Origin: an uncultured Planctomycetota bacterium
GTDB lineage: Bacteria; Planctomycetota; Planctomycetia; Isosphaerales; Isosphaeraceae
Reading direction: 5' to 3'
DNA length: 64,000 nucleotides
Assembly: GCA_963823665.1 (NCBI GenBank)
Contig: CAWGMQ010000010.1
Coordinates: 1,248,001-1,312,000 of the forward strand
Both the position numbers and the translations under genes were made by a program. Under the pieces are notes generated by a model. That model did no database searches. It was given only the letters and a program-made list of their open reading frames with translations, and had not been told where the DNA came from. This document shows, piece by piece, positions 46,919 to 57,322 of the stretch. Position 1 is the first letter of the stretch; the number at the start of each line of letters is the position of its first letter.

Positions 46919-48127
46919 GTGGAACAACAGCCAGCGAGGATTGAGGTCACACGACATGCACTATATGAGCAGATCTGGTCGATGCCAGTCTCCAGAGCCT
47001 GCCGCACGTACGGCCTTTCCGATGTAGGACTCGCCAAGATTTGCGCTAGCTGGGACATCCCTCGGCCGCCGCGTGGGTATTGGGAGAAGAAACGCAACGG
47101 CAAACCGGTCAAGAAAACGAAACTCAAGTCGATCGAGGAAGGCGATCCGGTCATCTTCTCATACCAACCGGGCCAATCGGACCAGCCCGCGGTAGCCCCG
47201 GCGCTGACTGAGAGTGACCGTCAGCGCGACTTGGAGAAACGGGCTGAGAATCGCATTTCCGTTCCAGACGAACTCGTCGCGCCGCACCCATTCGTCGTCA
47301 GAACGGAGAAGAGCATCCGCAGCGCCAAGCCCGACGAGCATGGAACCGTGCGGCCGAAGGCTCAACAATGTTTGGACGTGGCAGTCTCAGCTCCATTGAT
47401 CGATCGCTCATTGCGAATCATGAATGCTCTCTTAATTGCGCTCGAGGCTCGCGGATTTCGCGTGTCAATCAGCGACCATGAGCGTCCACAAACTGAGGCT
47501 AGAGTTCTCGATGAAAACATTGGCTTTCAGCTTCATGAAGAGATTAAACGCCGAGAAAGAGAACCCACCCCGGCGGAGAAGCGAGACGACGACTTTTGGC
47601 GGACCGCAAGCATTGCTCAGCCGATCAGGAAGTGGTACGAGTGGGCACCAACAGGCAGACTCATCCTTCACATCACCGACGGTCAGGGCTTACGTCGAAC
47701 CTGGACCGATCGAAAGGACCGACTCGTCGAGCAATTCCTGAACACGTTCGTAGTCGGGCTCGTCCGCGCCGCGGAGGCAGTCAAGCAAGATCGCGTTGAC
47801 GCCGAGAAGCGACGACGGGAATTCGACGAAGCGCAGCGTCGCCGCCACGAGGAAGAACTGCGTCGCCGCGAGGACGAACGCCGGCAGCAGGAAGAAGACG
47901 CGCGTTGCCGTCAACTTGATGCCCAAGTCGCCAGCTGGTGGAAGGCAGAACAAATACGCGCCTTTGTCGCGGCGGTGAGGGATGCTTGCCTTCAGCGAAA
48001 CGGAAACGTCACACCTGGAAGCGAGCTCGATCAGTGGATGGAATGGGCCATGCGCCGAGCAAATGCTTTGGACCCGATCCATCCGCTGCGCACATCTCAA
48101 GGGGATGACAGTACGCCGCAAGCGTGA
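46919..48127 (+). CDS. Conserved hypothetical protein with an HTH-like N-terminus, of a type I associate with integrative elements
   Basis: TRHALYEQIWSMP..YGLSDVGLAKIC..DIPRPPRGYW; C-terminal W..WA..RA..LDP. Confidence 0.8.
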   Translation: MEQQPARIEVTRHALYEQIWSMPVSRACRTYGLSDVGLAKICASWDIPRPPRGYWEKKRNGKPVKKTKLKSIEEGDPVIFSYQPGQSDQPAVAPALTESDRQRDLEKRAENRISVPDELVAPHPFVVRTEKSIRSAKPDEHGTVRPKAQQCLDVAVSAPLIDRSLRIMNALLIALEARGFRVSISDHERPQTEARVLDENIGFQLHEEIKRREREPTPAEKRDDDFWRTASIAQPIRKWYEWAPTGRLILHITDGQGLRRTWTDRKDRLVEQFLNTFVVGLVRAAEAVKQDRVDAEKRRREFDEAQRRRHEEELRRREDERRQQEEDARCRQLDAQVASWWKAEQIRAFVAAVRDACLQRNGNVTPGSELDQWMEWAMRRANALDPIHPLRTSQGDDSTPQA

Positions 48128-48221
48128 CTTGACGATGCCAAGGGTCGGATACTGGATGGCGGCCCATGCTTTGCGAACCCCAGCTTGTCGACGCCGTACG
48201 ATCGCGCCGGAGTAGGAATGG

Positions 48222-51200
48222 CTAGAACATGCATCGCACTACAAGAACGTCCTTCACCTGCGCCATTGCAGGGGGCGAGGCAAGTACCGACTGCGCTTCG
48301 GCGCGAAAACGATCGAGCTCGCTCGGCGAGATTTTTGTGCTCAACTTGTGGCTTGTGTGCCAGTCGATCGCGCGTTTGAGATAGCGCTTCGCTGTTTGCA
48401 CATGTCCCAATCGGTGGTGGGCGATCGCCAGAAAGTAGAGGTTCTGCGCGTCGCAAACTCCGGTCCCGAGATCGAGGCTCTTGTTCAAGTATTGCAATGC
48501 GTCGGCGTCTTGCCCCGCACGGCAGAGGGCAATGCCGAGCGTATTGAGATAATCCGGCGCGTTGGGAGCGATTGCGACGGCCATCCTCGCGAGCCCGGCC
48601 GTCTCTCGCGGCGCGGAATCTTCGGGTTTGAGGTTGAGCCGGCGCCGGGCGTGGCGGTTCAGAACGAATGCGAAGTGCTGGTCCGGCGTCTTGTTTTCCG
48701 GGTTCAGCCTGTGATAACGCGCGAAGTCCTTGATCGCTTCCGCGTCGCGTCCGCGCGCAGCCAGCGCGGCTCCACGCATCATGAGCGCGTCCGAGTCGTC
48801 CGGATTGACAAGAAGACGCACCGAGGCTTCGGCCAGGTCCATCTTCTGTCTTGCGTCCGGTTCCATCACCTGACCGACAACCTGCGCCTCGAGCCGTGCA
48901 ACGACGGGTTCTGGGGTCGCGGGATATTGAGGACCACCGTCCCAATCAAGATTCAATGTACGCAGCCACCCGCGAACGCGCTTCAGGTTCCAGAGCAGCG
49001 CGGTCTTCGTATTCGTGCCCGCAATCATCTGCGCGCCGTCGGGGCTGAAAGCGATGGGTGTCGAGCTGAGTGACAAGGGGTTCAAGAGATTGACAAGGGT
49101 GCGCCCGGTCGCCGCATCTAAAAGCCGAACCTGTGTCTGGGAAGCACACAGGCCGATGACCGTGCCGTCGGCAGTAAATACGGGGGCGCGGTGGGCCCCG
49201 AAGCTTTGCTCGGAAAGCAACGGCGCATTCTTCCATGTGCCAACTTCCCAGGCTGAATAACCGATCACAGCAGACATTGAGCTTGAAACCATCTTTTTCC
49301 CATCGGGGCTGAAGCCGACGAAGCAAATGCTGTTGCCCGGTACGTCGTTCGCGTTGAGGATCCGGTCCAGCCGGCGGGCTGGGAGGTCCCAGAGCGTGAT
49401 GCCCCACTCCTTCCAGCCGCCGCTGGCGGCCCACTTGCCGTCGGGGCTGATCGCGATCGTGGTCAGGCGGTGGTTCCGCGCGCTGAACAGGCAGTCGTAT
49501 GGCTTACGGGCGGGATGCGGCTGGGACGTGTCGATCAGCCGCACCTGGGCGGCAGGGTTGTCGATCACAGCCAGGGTCTTGTGATCGGGGAGCCACTGCG
49601 CCCCGGCCATCGCCGCACTCGGGCTCAGAGCGGTGAGCAGCTCCGGGGGCCCGATCCAGAGTGCTTCTCGGCGCGCGTCCTTCGTTTGCGAGTCCGGCCC
49701 CGAGCGCCGGATTGGCCAGCGGTAATAACCCCAGGGTCCGCCCGAGATGACGGCCTTTCCCTCGTGGTCGAAGAGGACCGATTCGCAGGGGCCTGATTGG
49801 AGAATGCCGATGTGATTGCCCGACTTCGCTTGATAGAGATGAACACCATCGTTCAGACCGATCGCCAGCAACTGGCCGTCCGGGCTGAACTGTGCGCAGC
49901 GAACCTGGCCGCCCTCGACCTGTTCCCTGGACCCGTTGCCGATCATCTCGGGATTAAGGGCCTGATAGGTTTCGGAACGAACGATCGTGCCCATCGTGAG
50001 CTTTCTGTCGCCCACTAACAGCGCAACCCCGTTTCCGTCGGGCGCAAACGCCAGAAAGTTCGCCATCTTCATGTCGAACAGCGGGCGGCCCAGCGACGCG
50101 TCCCAGAACCGGAGCGTACCGTCCCAGCTACTCGTCGCCAGAACGTGAGACCAGGGCGCGAACTGGCAATGCCCGACGTAGTTCGTGTGCCCGGTGAGCG
50201 TCGACTGAAGCGCATGCCGTTTCATGTTCCAGACGAAGACCGAGCCGTTCCAATCCCCCGCCGCGAGCAGACGGCCGTCGCTGCTGAGCGACATCATGTT
50301 CCGTCCGACCGAGTCGGTCCAGCGCTCGCGCTCGCGGCCGGTCTCCACGTCGATCAGGCGGATGGCCCGCTCGTGAAGGTCGTTGACCACGAGCCTCGAG
50401 TTCTCCTGATCGATCAGCAGCGTGTTCGGGACCCGGCTATCGAGGGGAAGGCGCCTGACCTCCCGGCGCGCTTCAAGGTCCCAAACCGCCAGACCCGTCT
50501 GCACCGGCGCGTAAAAGAACAGTCGGCCGTCAGGGTGAAACGCGAAGGCGTCGGCCCTGGTTTGCTCGGAGAATACACGCACGCCTCGCGCAAAATGCCA
50601 GATTTCCGTGACTCCCGCTTCCCCCTGGACAGCGTAGCGCACACGCAGGTACCGGCCATCCGGGCTAAAATTCGCCGCGCCGTACCAGAAGGGCACGTCG
50701 GGCGCCGGGAGCTTCGCGACCTCGGTGCCGTCCTGCAATCGACGGATCACAACCTGCCGGGCACCTCTGTCAACGTAGACAAAAAAGTTGAAGTTCTTGT
50801 CACAATCAATCAATGAATCTGGGGGGACTGGATAGGTTTTCCCAAGATAAATGTCGGCGATACCAAGTGCGGCGATGACCTGGTCCCGGATCTCGGGGAT
50901 CAGGCCGGCATCGGCGGGATCCTCGCTCAGGATGCGCGCGGCCTTGGAAAGCCGGTCGAGGCTGAACACCCGCTGGCCGCGCACTCCGCTGCGCTGTAGC
51001 GCCACACCTTCGTTGAGCAGCGACTTTCCGAGCGAGTTCTTGGCGAAGCGTTTTTCGCGGATGGCCTTGCGCTCGGCCTCCTGGGTCAGTCCCAATTGAT
51101 GCCGAAGGTCTTGCTCCGCCGACACCGCACGCGTGAGGTTTTCTTGAGTCTCGCGCTGGGCGCTCTTGATCTGGTCTCGCTGGTTCCGGAACATGTACGC

Positions 51201-52691
51201 TGCCGAGGTCGCCGCCAGGATCAGGATCAGCACCAGTCCAGCCGCGAGGGCCGCCAGCGAGGCCGGCCCCGGGTTGCGCCGGCACCAGCGCCAGAGCCGT
51301 TCGTACGTCGGGAAGGCGCGCGACTGGATGGGCCGGCCCTCGACGAACCGGCGCAGCTCTTCCGACATTTCGTGGGCCGTCGCGAACCGGTCGCGCGGAT
51401 CCTTTGCCAGGGCCTTGAGGACGATGATTTCTAAGTCCTGAGGGATTCGCCGGTCGTGGCGGCGAAGCGGTACGGGCGACTCGTATGCGATCTGGTGCAT
51501 CAAGGCATGCTGGTCGCTAGCGTCGAAGATCAGGCGGAGCGTGAGCATTTCGTACAGCGTCGCGCCCAGCGCGTAGACATCGCAGCCGCGGTTCGAGACG
51601 CCCCGCAGGCGCTCGGGCGCCATGTAGCGGAGCGTGCCTACGACGTCACGTGAGTGCGAGAGATCGTCCCCTTCCTCGAACTTCGCGAGTCCGAAGTCGG
51701 TCACCCACACGTTGCCCAGCGCATCGAGCAAAAGGTTCGAGGGCTTGATGTCGCGGTGTAAAACGCCGCGCTGGTGGGCGTACGACAAGGCGTCCGCAAC
51801 CTGCGCGCCGAGCCGGGCGACTTCACGGCAGTAGTGGTCTTCGGTCTTGTCCGACAGGCTTGACGAGGAGCTGCCGCGCCTCTCCGTAGGATCATGCACG
51901 CCCGATCCGGACGCGCCGGCGGCGGCAGATCCAGGATGCGGGTTCGGGGAAAGAGCGCCAGGCTCTTCCTGATCTCGCCGCTCGAGCTGTCGCGCGAAAC
52001 ATCCGGTCATGAGGCCCTGCACGATCAGCCTCGTCGGCTCCTCCTCATCGTCGGGAGGCTCCGGGCCGGCAACAGCATCGCCGCGGAACTGGGTGCGCCA
52101 GGCCTCGGAGCGGTCGCCCAGTCGCAGGACCGGGAGCGAACTGTCCTGGAAAACGCCCCGGATCCGCTGGACGTCGCGGAGGACCGTTTCGAGGCTCTGG
52201 CCGTCGATGAAGGGCATCGCGTAGTAGACCACGCCGTCGGTCTCGCCGTAGTCGAACACGCTGACGATATTGGTGTGGTGGAGCGACGCGGCCGCGCAAG
52301 CCTCGATGTGAAAGCGGCGCACGTAGCGGGCGTTGGCGCGGAACCTGGGGTGCATGATCTTGAGGGCGACCCGGCTGCGCAGTGATTCGCGCACAGCCTC
52401 GTAGACGATTCCCATCCCGCCTTCGCCGACCACGCCAAGGATCTGGTAATCGCCGAGCCGCGACAGCGCTGGGCGTTTCGCGCAGGGGACGAACGAGGCG
52501 GCGCCGCCCGTCTTGAGCTGCTCGACTTCGACGAGGGCGGGGAAGAGCTCCTCGATGTCGTCGGCGAGGTTGGGGTGGGCCTTGATGTATTCGCTGATCG
52601 AAGGGCGTTCCCCTTGCCGGAGGCGTTCGACGAACGACTCGGCGAGCTGCTCGAAGGGGTCGCGCGCCGACTCGCTGGCGGAGGTGTTCAC
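48222..52691 (-). CDS. Ser/Thr protein kinase with WD40 and TPR domains
   Basis: GEGGMG, VALK, HRDIKPSN, DFGLAK and YMAPE; TM segment; FSPDG repeats; YLNTLGIAL. GTG 52691 overlaps the sigma factor TGA. Confidence 0.95.
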   Translation of the reverse strand: MNTSASESARDPFEQLAESFVERLRQGERPSISEYIKAHPNLADDIEELFPALVEVEQLKTGGAASFVPCAKRPALSRLGDYQILGVVGEGGMGIVYEAVRESLRSRVALKIMHPRFRANARYVRRFHIEACAAASLHHTNIVSVFDYGETDGVVYYAMPFIDGQSLETVLRDVQRIRGVFQDSSLPVLRLGDRSEAWRTQFRGDAVAGPEPPDDEEEPTRLIVQGLMTGCFARQLERRDQEEPGALSPNPHPGSAAAGASGSGVHDPTERRGSSSSSLSDKTEDHYCREVARLGAQVADALSYAHQRGVLHRDIKPSNLLLDALGNVWVTDFGLAKFEEGDDLSHSRDVVGTLRYMAPERLRGVSNRGCDVYALGATLYEMLTLRLIFDASDQHALMHQIAYESPVPLRRHDRRIPQDLEIIVLKALAKDPRDRFATAHEMSEELRRFVEGRPIQSRAFPTYERLWRWCRRNPGPASLAALAAGLVLILILAATSAAYMFRNQRDQIKSAQRETQENLTRAVSAEQDLRHQLGLTQEAERKAIREKRFAKNSLGKSLLNEGVALQRSGVRGQRVFSLDRLSKAARILSEDPADAGLIPEIRDQVIAALGIADIYLGKTYPVPPDSLIDCDKNFNFFVYVDRGARQVVIRRLQDGTEVAKLPAPDVPFWYGAANFSPDGRYLRVRYAVQGEAGVTEIWHFARGVRVFSEQTRADAFAFHPDGRLFFYAPVQTGLAVWDLEARREVRRLPLDSRVPNTLLIDQENSRLVVNDLHERAIRLIDVETGRERERWTDSVGRNMMSLSSDGRLLAAGDWNGSVFVWNMKRHALQSTLTGHTNYVGHCQFAPWSHVLATSSWDGTLRFWDASLGRPLFDMKMANFLAFAPDGNGVALLVGDRKLTMGTIVRSETYQALNPEMIGNGSREQVEGGQVRCAQFSPDGQLLAIGLNDGVHLYQAKSGNHIGILQSGPCESVLFDHEGKAVISGGPWGYYRWPIRRSGPDSQTKDARREALWIGPPELLTALSPSAAMAGAQWLPDHKTLAVIDNPAAQVRLIDTSQPHPARKPYDCLFSARNHRLTTIAISPDGKWAASGGWKEWGITLWDLPARRLDRILNANDVPGNSICFVGFSPDGKKMVSSSMSAVIGYSAWEVGTWKNAPLLSEQSFGAHRAPVFTADGTVIGLCASQTQVRLLDAATGRTLVNLLNPLSLSSTPIAFSPDGAQMIAGTNTKTALLWNLKRVRGWLRTLNLDWDGGPQYPATPEPVVARLEAQVVGQVMEPDARQKMDLAEASVRLLVNPDDSDALMMRGAALAARGRDAEAIKDFARYHRLNPENKTPDQHFAFVLNRHARRRLNLKPEDSAPRETAGLARMAVAIAPNAPDYLNTLGIALCRAGQDADALQYLNKSLDLGTGVCDAQNLYFLAIAHHRLGHVQTAKRYLKRAIDWHTSHKLSTKISPSELDRFRAEAQSVLASPPAMAQVKDVLVVRCMF

Positions 52692-53341
52692 GGTCGAAAC
52701 TCCACGCTGCCGCCCGGCATGGCGCTGAGGGCCACCTTGAGCCGCCGCAAGGTGCGCACGTAGCGTTTGCTGGCGGCGGCTTCCTGGATCTCGAGCGTCT
52801 GCGCGACCTCGATGTTGGTCAGCTCCTCGAAGTGGCGCAGGACGAGCACCTCCCGGTCGAGCGGCTCGAGCGCCTCGATGGCCTCCTGAATCCGCGCCTT
52901 GCGCTCCAGCCGCATGGCGATCGCGCTGGCGCTCGTGTCGTGGCCGAGCAAGTGGGCGGCCAGAATCGCCGAGCTCGCGCACGGTGCGCCCGCGTGTCCC
53001 AGCGGGACATCGCGCACGGCGTTGCGGATCGCATACTGGAGATGTTTCCGGTGCAATGTGGAGAGCCGTATCCCTGTTAGCCAGCGAAGCCAGAGGAAGA
53101 ACGGCATCTCCTGCCTGGCGGCGAACTCGGCGAAGCCCGCCGTGGCGTCGACGAAGGCTTCCTGGATCACATCCGAGGGATCTAGCCGCGCCTGCAGCCG
53201 GTGGTCCAGACGCACGGCGACCATCTTGCGCAGCCGCGCTCGATGGGCGTTGAGGAGGTCGTCCCAGGCCTCCCGATCACCCGCGGCGGCCCGCCGGACC
53301 TGTTCGGTCACGGATGGTTTGTCGAGCGGTGAGTGAGACAT
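52688..53341 (-). CDS. ECF sigma-70 factor, kinase-associated planctomycete type
   Basis: RLDPSDVIQE, FFLWLR, DREVLVLRHFEELTNIEVA and AASKRYVR. Confidence 0.95.
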   Translation of the reverse strand: MSHSPLDKPSVTEQVRRAAAGDREAWDDLLNAHRARLRKMVAVRLDHRLQARLDPSDVIQEAFVDATAGFAEFAARQEMPFFLWLRWLTGIRLSTLHRKHLQYAIRNAVRDVPLGHAGAPCASSAILAAHLLGHDTSASAIAMRLERKARIQEAIEALEPLDREVLVLRHFEELTNIEVAQTLEIQEAAASKRYVRTLRRLKVALSAMPGGSVEFRP

Positions 53342-53626
53342 AAGGTAATAATCGTGCGCACGCTAACGTTCGCGACAGTTCTTTCTAAAAAAAAACTGGA
53401 GACTAGGCCCCTTCATTGGCCGGCGATGGCCGACCCCGTCAGAGTCCTGGCGTGGTAACAAGGACTTTTTTGTGTGCGACCGGTCCCGAACGGCGGAGTG
53501 CGCGCGATTACTTCTCTGTGGCCGGGCTAAATAACCACCAGCAACCCACGAGATGTGCGGGGCCAGCCTGATTCGACACCAACCCCTGCCCTGCCGGCAC
53601 TTCACCCACAAACAGGAGCCCGGTCC

Positions 53627-56600
53627 ATGATTCGCACGCACTGCCGATCCGCCCGACGCCCGAATCTGGAGTCGCTCGAAGACCGCCGATTGCTCTCGAC
53701 GTTCACGGTCGAGAACACCAATTCTTCGGGAACCGGCTCGCTGGCACTGGCGATCGGCAGTGCCGACGCCGACAGGCAGGCCAACACGATCACCTTCGAC
53801 CCGAACGTCTTCGGCACGCCACAGACGATCGCTGTCGGTGGTACTGTACCGCTCGTGCTAACCGATTCCAGCGGGCTCCAGACGCTCACGGGCCCGGCGG
53901 CGGGTGTGACGATCGAAGGCAACGGCCAGAGCGTTGTATTCGAGGTGGCAAATGGCGTCACCGCGACCCTCTCCGGCCTGACCATCACGAAGGGGAACGG
54001 CCGCAAGGGCGGCGCGCTGTACAACGCAGGCACGGTGACGCTCACCGGCTGCACGATCAGCGGAAACTCCGCGGATTACGGTGCGGGCATGGAAAACTAC
54101 GCGGGCACGGCGACGCTCACCGGCTGCACGATCAGCGGGAACTCAGCGGGATTCGCCGGCGGTGGGGTATACAGCAAACGAGGCACGGTGACGCTCACCG
54201 ACTGCACGATCAGCGGAAACACCGCGGCACAAGTAAATGGTGGATTAACCAACGGTGGCACGGCGACGCTCACCGGCTGCACGATCAGCGGAAACTCCGC
54301 GAAATACGGCGGCGGGGTGTACAACTTCACTTATGGGACCGCGACGCTCACCGACTGTACGATCAGCGGTAATTCCGCGGAAATTAGAGGCGGGGGGCTG
54401 TCCAATCAAGGCACGGCGACTCTCACCGACTGCACGATCAGTGGAAACTCCTCGGTAGACGGCGCCGGCGTGTACAACAGCTCCCACAAGGCGACGCTCA
54501 CCGGGACAATCGTCGCGGGAAACTCCGATCAGAGCGTCCCCGACGACATCGGCGGCTTCGCGGCGACCGCCGTCACCGGATCTTTTAACTTGATCGGTAC
54601 GGGCGGTTCGGGCGGCATTGTCAATGGCTCACAGGGCAACATCGTCCTGACCAGCCTCGAGGGCCTCGGCCTGGCCCCGCTGGGCGATTTCGGCGGGGCG
54701 ACCGAAACCTTGGCTCTCCTGCCCGGCAGCCCGGCCCTCGGCAAGGGCACTGTCGCCGATTACCCGGGCACGACTACACCGATCACGACCGACCAGCGCG
54801 GCTTCCCGGTCGATGCGCCTAACCCCGACATCGGCGCCTTCCAGGGCGTCAACCTGGAGGTCGAGTCGACGAGCGGCTCGGTCGACATGCAGCCCTCCAG
54901 TTTGACCCTACCCGGGGCGATCAGTTTGGCCAATAGCCTCGAGCGGACCACCATCACGTTCGACCCGGCCGTCTTCGCCATGCCACAGACGATCACCCTG
55001 GCCGGGAGCCCACTCGAGCTGAGCAATGCCGGCTCGACCACATCGATCATGAGCCCGGCGGCGGGCGTGACGATCAGCGGCGCGGGCCAGAGCAGCGTGT
55101 TCGCGCTGGAAAACGGCGCGAGCGCGACCCTGTCGGGCCTGACCATCACGGACGGGAATAGCCGCTTCGGCGGCGGGGTGGACAATCTTTCTGGCGCGGC
55201 CACGCTCACCGACTGCACGCTCACCGGAAACTCCGCGGGAAGCAATGGCGGCGGGGTATACAATGGCCTTGGCACTACCACGCTCACCGACTGCACGATC
55301 AGCGGAAATTCCGCGGGAAGCGGCGGCGGGGTGGACAACAGCGCGGGTACGGTAATGCTCACCGACTGCACGATCAGCGGAAACTCCGGGTCAGACGGCG
55401 GGGTGTACAACGGCGGCACGGCGACACTCACCGGCACGATCGTCGCCGGCAATACGAACCCTTCCGGCGCTAGCGACATCGGCGGGCCAACCAAGGTTTC
55501 GGGCTCGAGCTCGAACAACCTGATCGGCATCGGCGGCGCGGGCGGGCTAACCAGTGGCACCAGCAACAACATCGTCCTGACTAGCCTCGCGGGCCTGGGT
55601 CTGGCGCCGCTGGGATTCTACGGCGGGCCGACCCAGACCATTGCGTTGCTACCGGGCAGCGCGGCCATCGGCGCGGGGATCGCCGTTAGCGGGCTGACCA
55701 CCGACCAGCGCGGCCTCCCCCGCATCGTCGGCGGTGTTGTGGACATCGGCGCCTTCGAGTCGTCGGGGTTCAGCCTGGCCATCACGACCGGCAACGACCA
55801 GTCCACCAGCGTCGGCACTGCGTTTCCGAACGCGCTGCAAGTGACCGTCACGCCCAAGAACGCCGGTGACCCGGTCAATGGTGGCGTCGTCACATTCACT
55901 CCGCCGGCGAGCGGCCCTGGGGCGACGCTCACCCCGTCGGCTCCAGTGACGATCGCCTCGGGTAGTGCCTCCGTCATGGCGACCGCCAACGGTACTGCGG
56001 GCGATCCCTATCTGGTCACGGCCGCGACCACCGGGGCATCGTCGGTTTCGTTCACATTGACCAACAACCCCGCTGGGTCTTACTCGACGCTCGTCAGCCT
56101 CGGGTCCTCGGAAAGCCTGTCGACCTACGGGCAGCCGGTGATTTTTACGGCAACCGTCAACAATACCAGCGCCAGCGGCGGAATCCCCACCGGCAGCGTC
56201 GAGTTCTTTGACGGCACTACCGACCTCGGGGCCGGGACACCCTTGAGCGGCAGTGGAACCAGCGCGAGATCGACGTTCAGCGCCGCGAGGCTGCCGGCCG
56301 GAACCGACTCGATCAGTGCGCTCTACACGGCGACTGGGGGTTTTGCCGGCGGCACCGGCACGCTGGGCCAGACCGTCAATCCGGCTGTGCTCACGGTCTC
56401 GGGCCTCACAGCCGCGAACAAGGTCTACAATGCCAGCACCGCAGCCACTCTCAACACATCAAGCGCGACGCTGGTGGGCGTGGACAGCGGCGATTTAGTC
56501 AACTTGAATACCGGCGCCGCCACCGGCACGTTCGCCTCCAAGAATACTGGCACCGACATCAAGGTCACGGTGGCCGGCCTGACGATCGTCGGGGCCCAGG

Positions 56601-57322
56601 CGATCGATTACACGCTCTCCGAGCCGACGACGACGGCCGGCATCACCCCGGCCCCGCTCACGGTATCGGGCATCACGGCCGCGAACAAGGTCTTTAGCGC
56701 CAGCACCGCGGCCACCCTGAATACCTCGGGCGCGACTCTGGTGGGCGTGTTCAGTGGCGATACGGTCAGTCTCAAAACCGGCAGCGCCACCGGCACGTTC
56801 GCCTCCCAGAATGTGGGCACGGGCATCACGGTCACGGTGGCCGGTCTGACCATCGTCGGGGCCCAGTCGGCCAACTACACGCTCACCCAGCCGACGACAA
56901 CGGCCAGCATCACTCCGACGGCCACGCAGCGACCAATGATCATCAGCGAGCAGGCGTTGATCGTTCGCAAGACCAGCAAGAAAGGAAAGCCGGTCGGCAA
57001 ACCGGTTCTCGGCGGCTACGTGTTCGATTTCAGCAGCGCGCTCGATCCTTCATCCGCAGCGAATTCCGGCAATTACCAGGTCGATAACGTCGTCCGCAAG
57101 CGCGTGAAGAAAAAGGTCGTGAGTACGCTGCATCCGATCACCAGTTTCAACGCGTCCTACAGCAACGACGTGGTCACGATCAAGTTCGCGGGTAAGCAAG
57201 CGTTCAAGACCGGGGGCCAGATCACGGTCCTGAGCGGTGTGACCGGCCCGTCGGGCGCCGCGCTTCAGGGAACGACGGTGTTTACGATCTCCAAGCGCGG
57301 GAAGGGCATCACGCCGTCGTGA
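53627..57322 (+). CDS. Large extracellular protein: LEPR-XLL leader, two beta-helix/choice-of-anchor-Q-like modules, Ig-like and YDG-like repeats
   Basis: LESLEDRRLLS; TLTDCTISGN repeats; TDQRG...DIGAF twice; AANKVY/F twice. AGGAG RBS. Confidence 0.92.
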   Translation: MIRTHCRSARRPNLESLEDRRLLSTFTVENTNSSGTGSLALAIGSADADRQANTITFDPNVFGTPQTIAVGGTVPLVLTDSSGLQTLTGPAAGVTIEGNGQSVVFEVANGVTATLSGLTITKGNGRKGGALYNAGTVTLTGCTISGNSADYGAGMENYAGTATLTGCTISGNSAGFAGGGVYSKRGTVTLTDCTISGNTAAQVNGGLTNGGTATLTGCTISGNSAKYGGGVYNFTYGTATLTDCTISGNSAEIRGGGLSNQGTATLTDCTISGNSSVDGAGVYNSSHKATLTGTIVAGNSDQSVPDDIGGFAATAVTGSFNLIGTGGSGGIVNGSQGNIVLTSLEGLGLAPLGDFGGATETLALLPGSPALGKGTVADYPGTTTPITTDQRGFPVDAPNPDIGAFQGVNLEVESTSGSVDMQPSSLTLPGAISLANSLERTTITFDPAVFAMPQTITLAGSPLELSNAGSTTSIMSPAAGVTISGAGQSSVFALENGASATLSGLTITDGNSRFGGGVDNLSGAATLTDCTLTGNSAGSNGGGVYNGLGTTTLTDCTISGNSAGSGGGVDNSAGTVMLTDCTISGNSGSDGGVYNGGTATLTGTIVAGNTNPSGASDIGGPTKVSGSSSNNLIGIGGAGGLTSGTSNNIVLTSLAGLGLAPLGFYGGPTQTIALLPGSAAIGAGIAVSGLTTDQRGLPRIVGGVVDIGAFESSGFSLAITTGNDQSTSVGTAFPNALQVTVTPKNAGDPVNGGVVTFTPPASGPGATLTPSAPVTIASGSASVMATANGTAGDPYLVTAATTGASSVSFTLTNNPAGSYSTLVSLGSSESLSTYGQPVIFTATVNNTSASGGIPTGSVEFFDGTTDLGAGTPLSGSGTSARSTFSAARLPAGTDSISALYTATGGFAGGTGTLGQTVNPAVLTVSGLTAANKVYNASTAATLNTSSATLVGVDSGDLVNLNTGAATGTFASKNTGTDIKVTVAGLTIVGAQAIDYTLSEPTTTAGITPAPLTVSGITAANKVFSASTAATLNTSGATLVGVFSGDTVSLKTGSATGTFASQNVGTGITVTVAGLTIVGAQSANYTLTQPTTTASITPTATQRPMIISEQALIVRKTSKKGKPVGKPVLGGYVFDFSSALDPSSAANSGNYQVDNVVRKRVKKKVVSTLHPITSFNASYSNDVVTIKFAGKQAFKTGGQITVLSGVTGPSGAALQGTTVFTISKRGKGITPS

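Noticed and set aside
52692..52982. 97-aa N-terminal extension of the kinase in the ORF track
   Set aside because: It overlaps the sigma gene; GTG 52691 coupled to the sigma stop is the better start. Similar over-extensions were trimmed at 41611, 38613, 38548 and 28581.
54020..54500. Regular repeats of about 70-80 nt resembling a CRISPR or DGR template
   Set aside because: They are in-frame coding repeats (TLTxCTISGN) of a beta-helix, and no reverse transcriptase is in the window.
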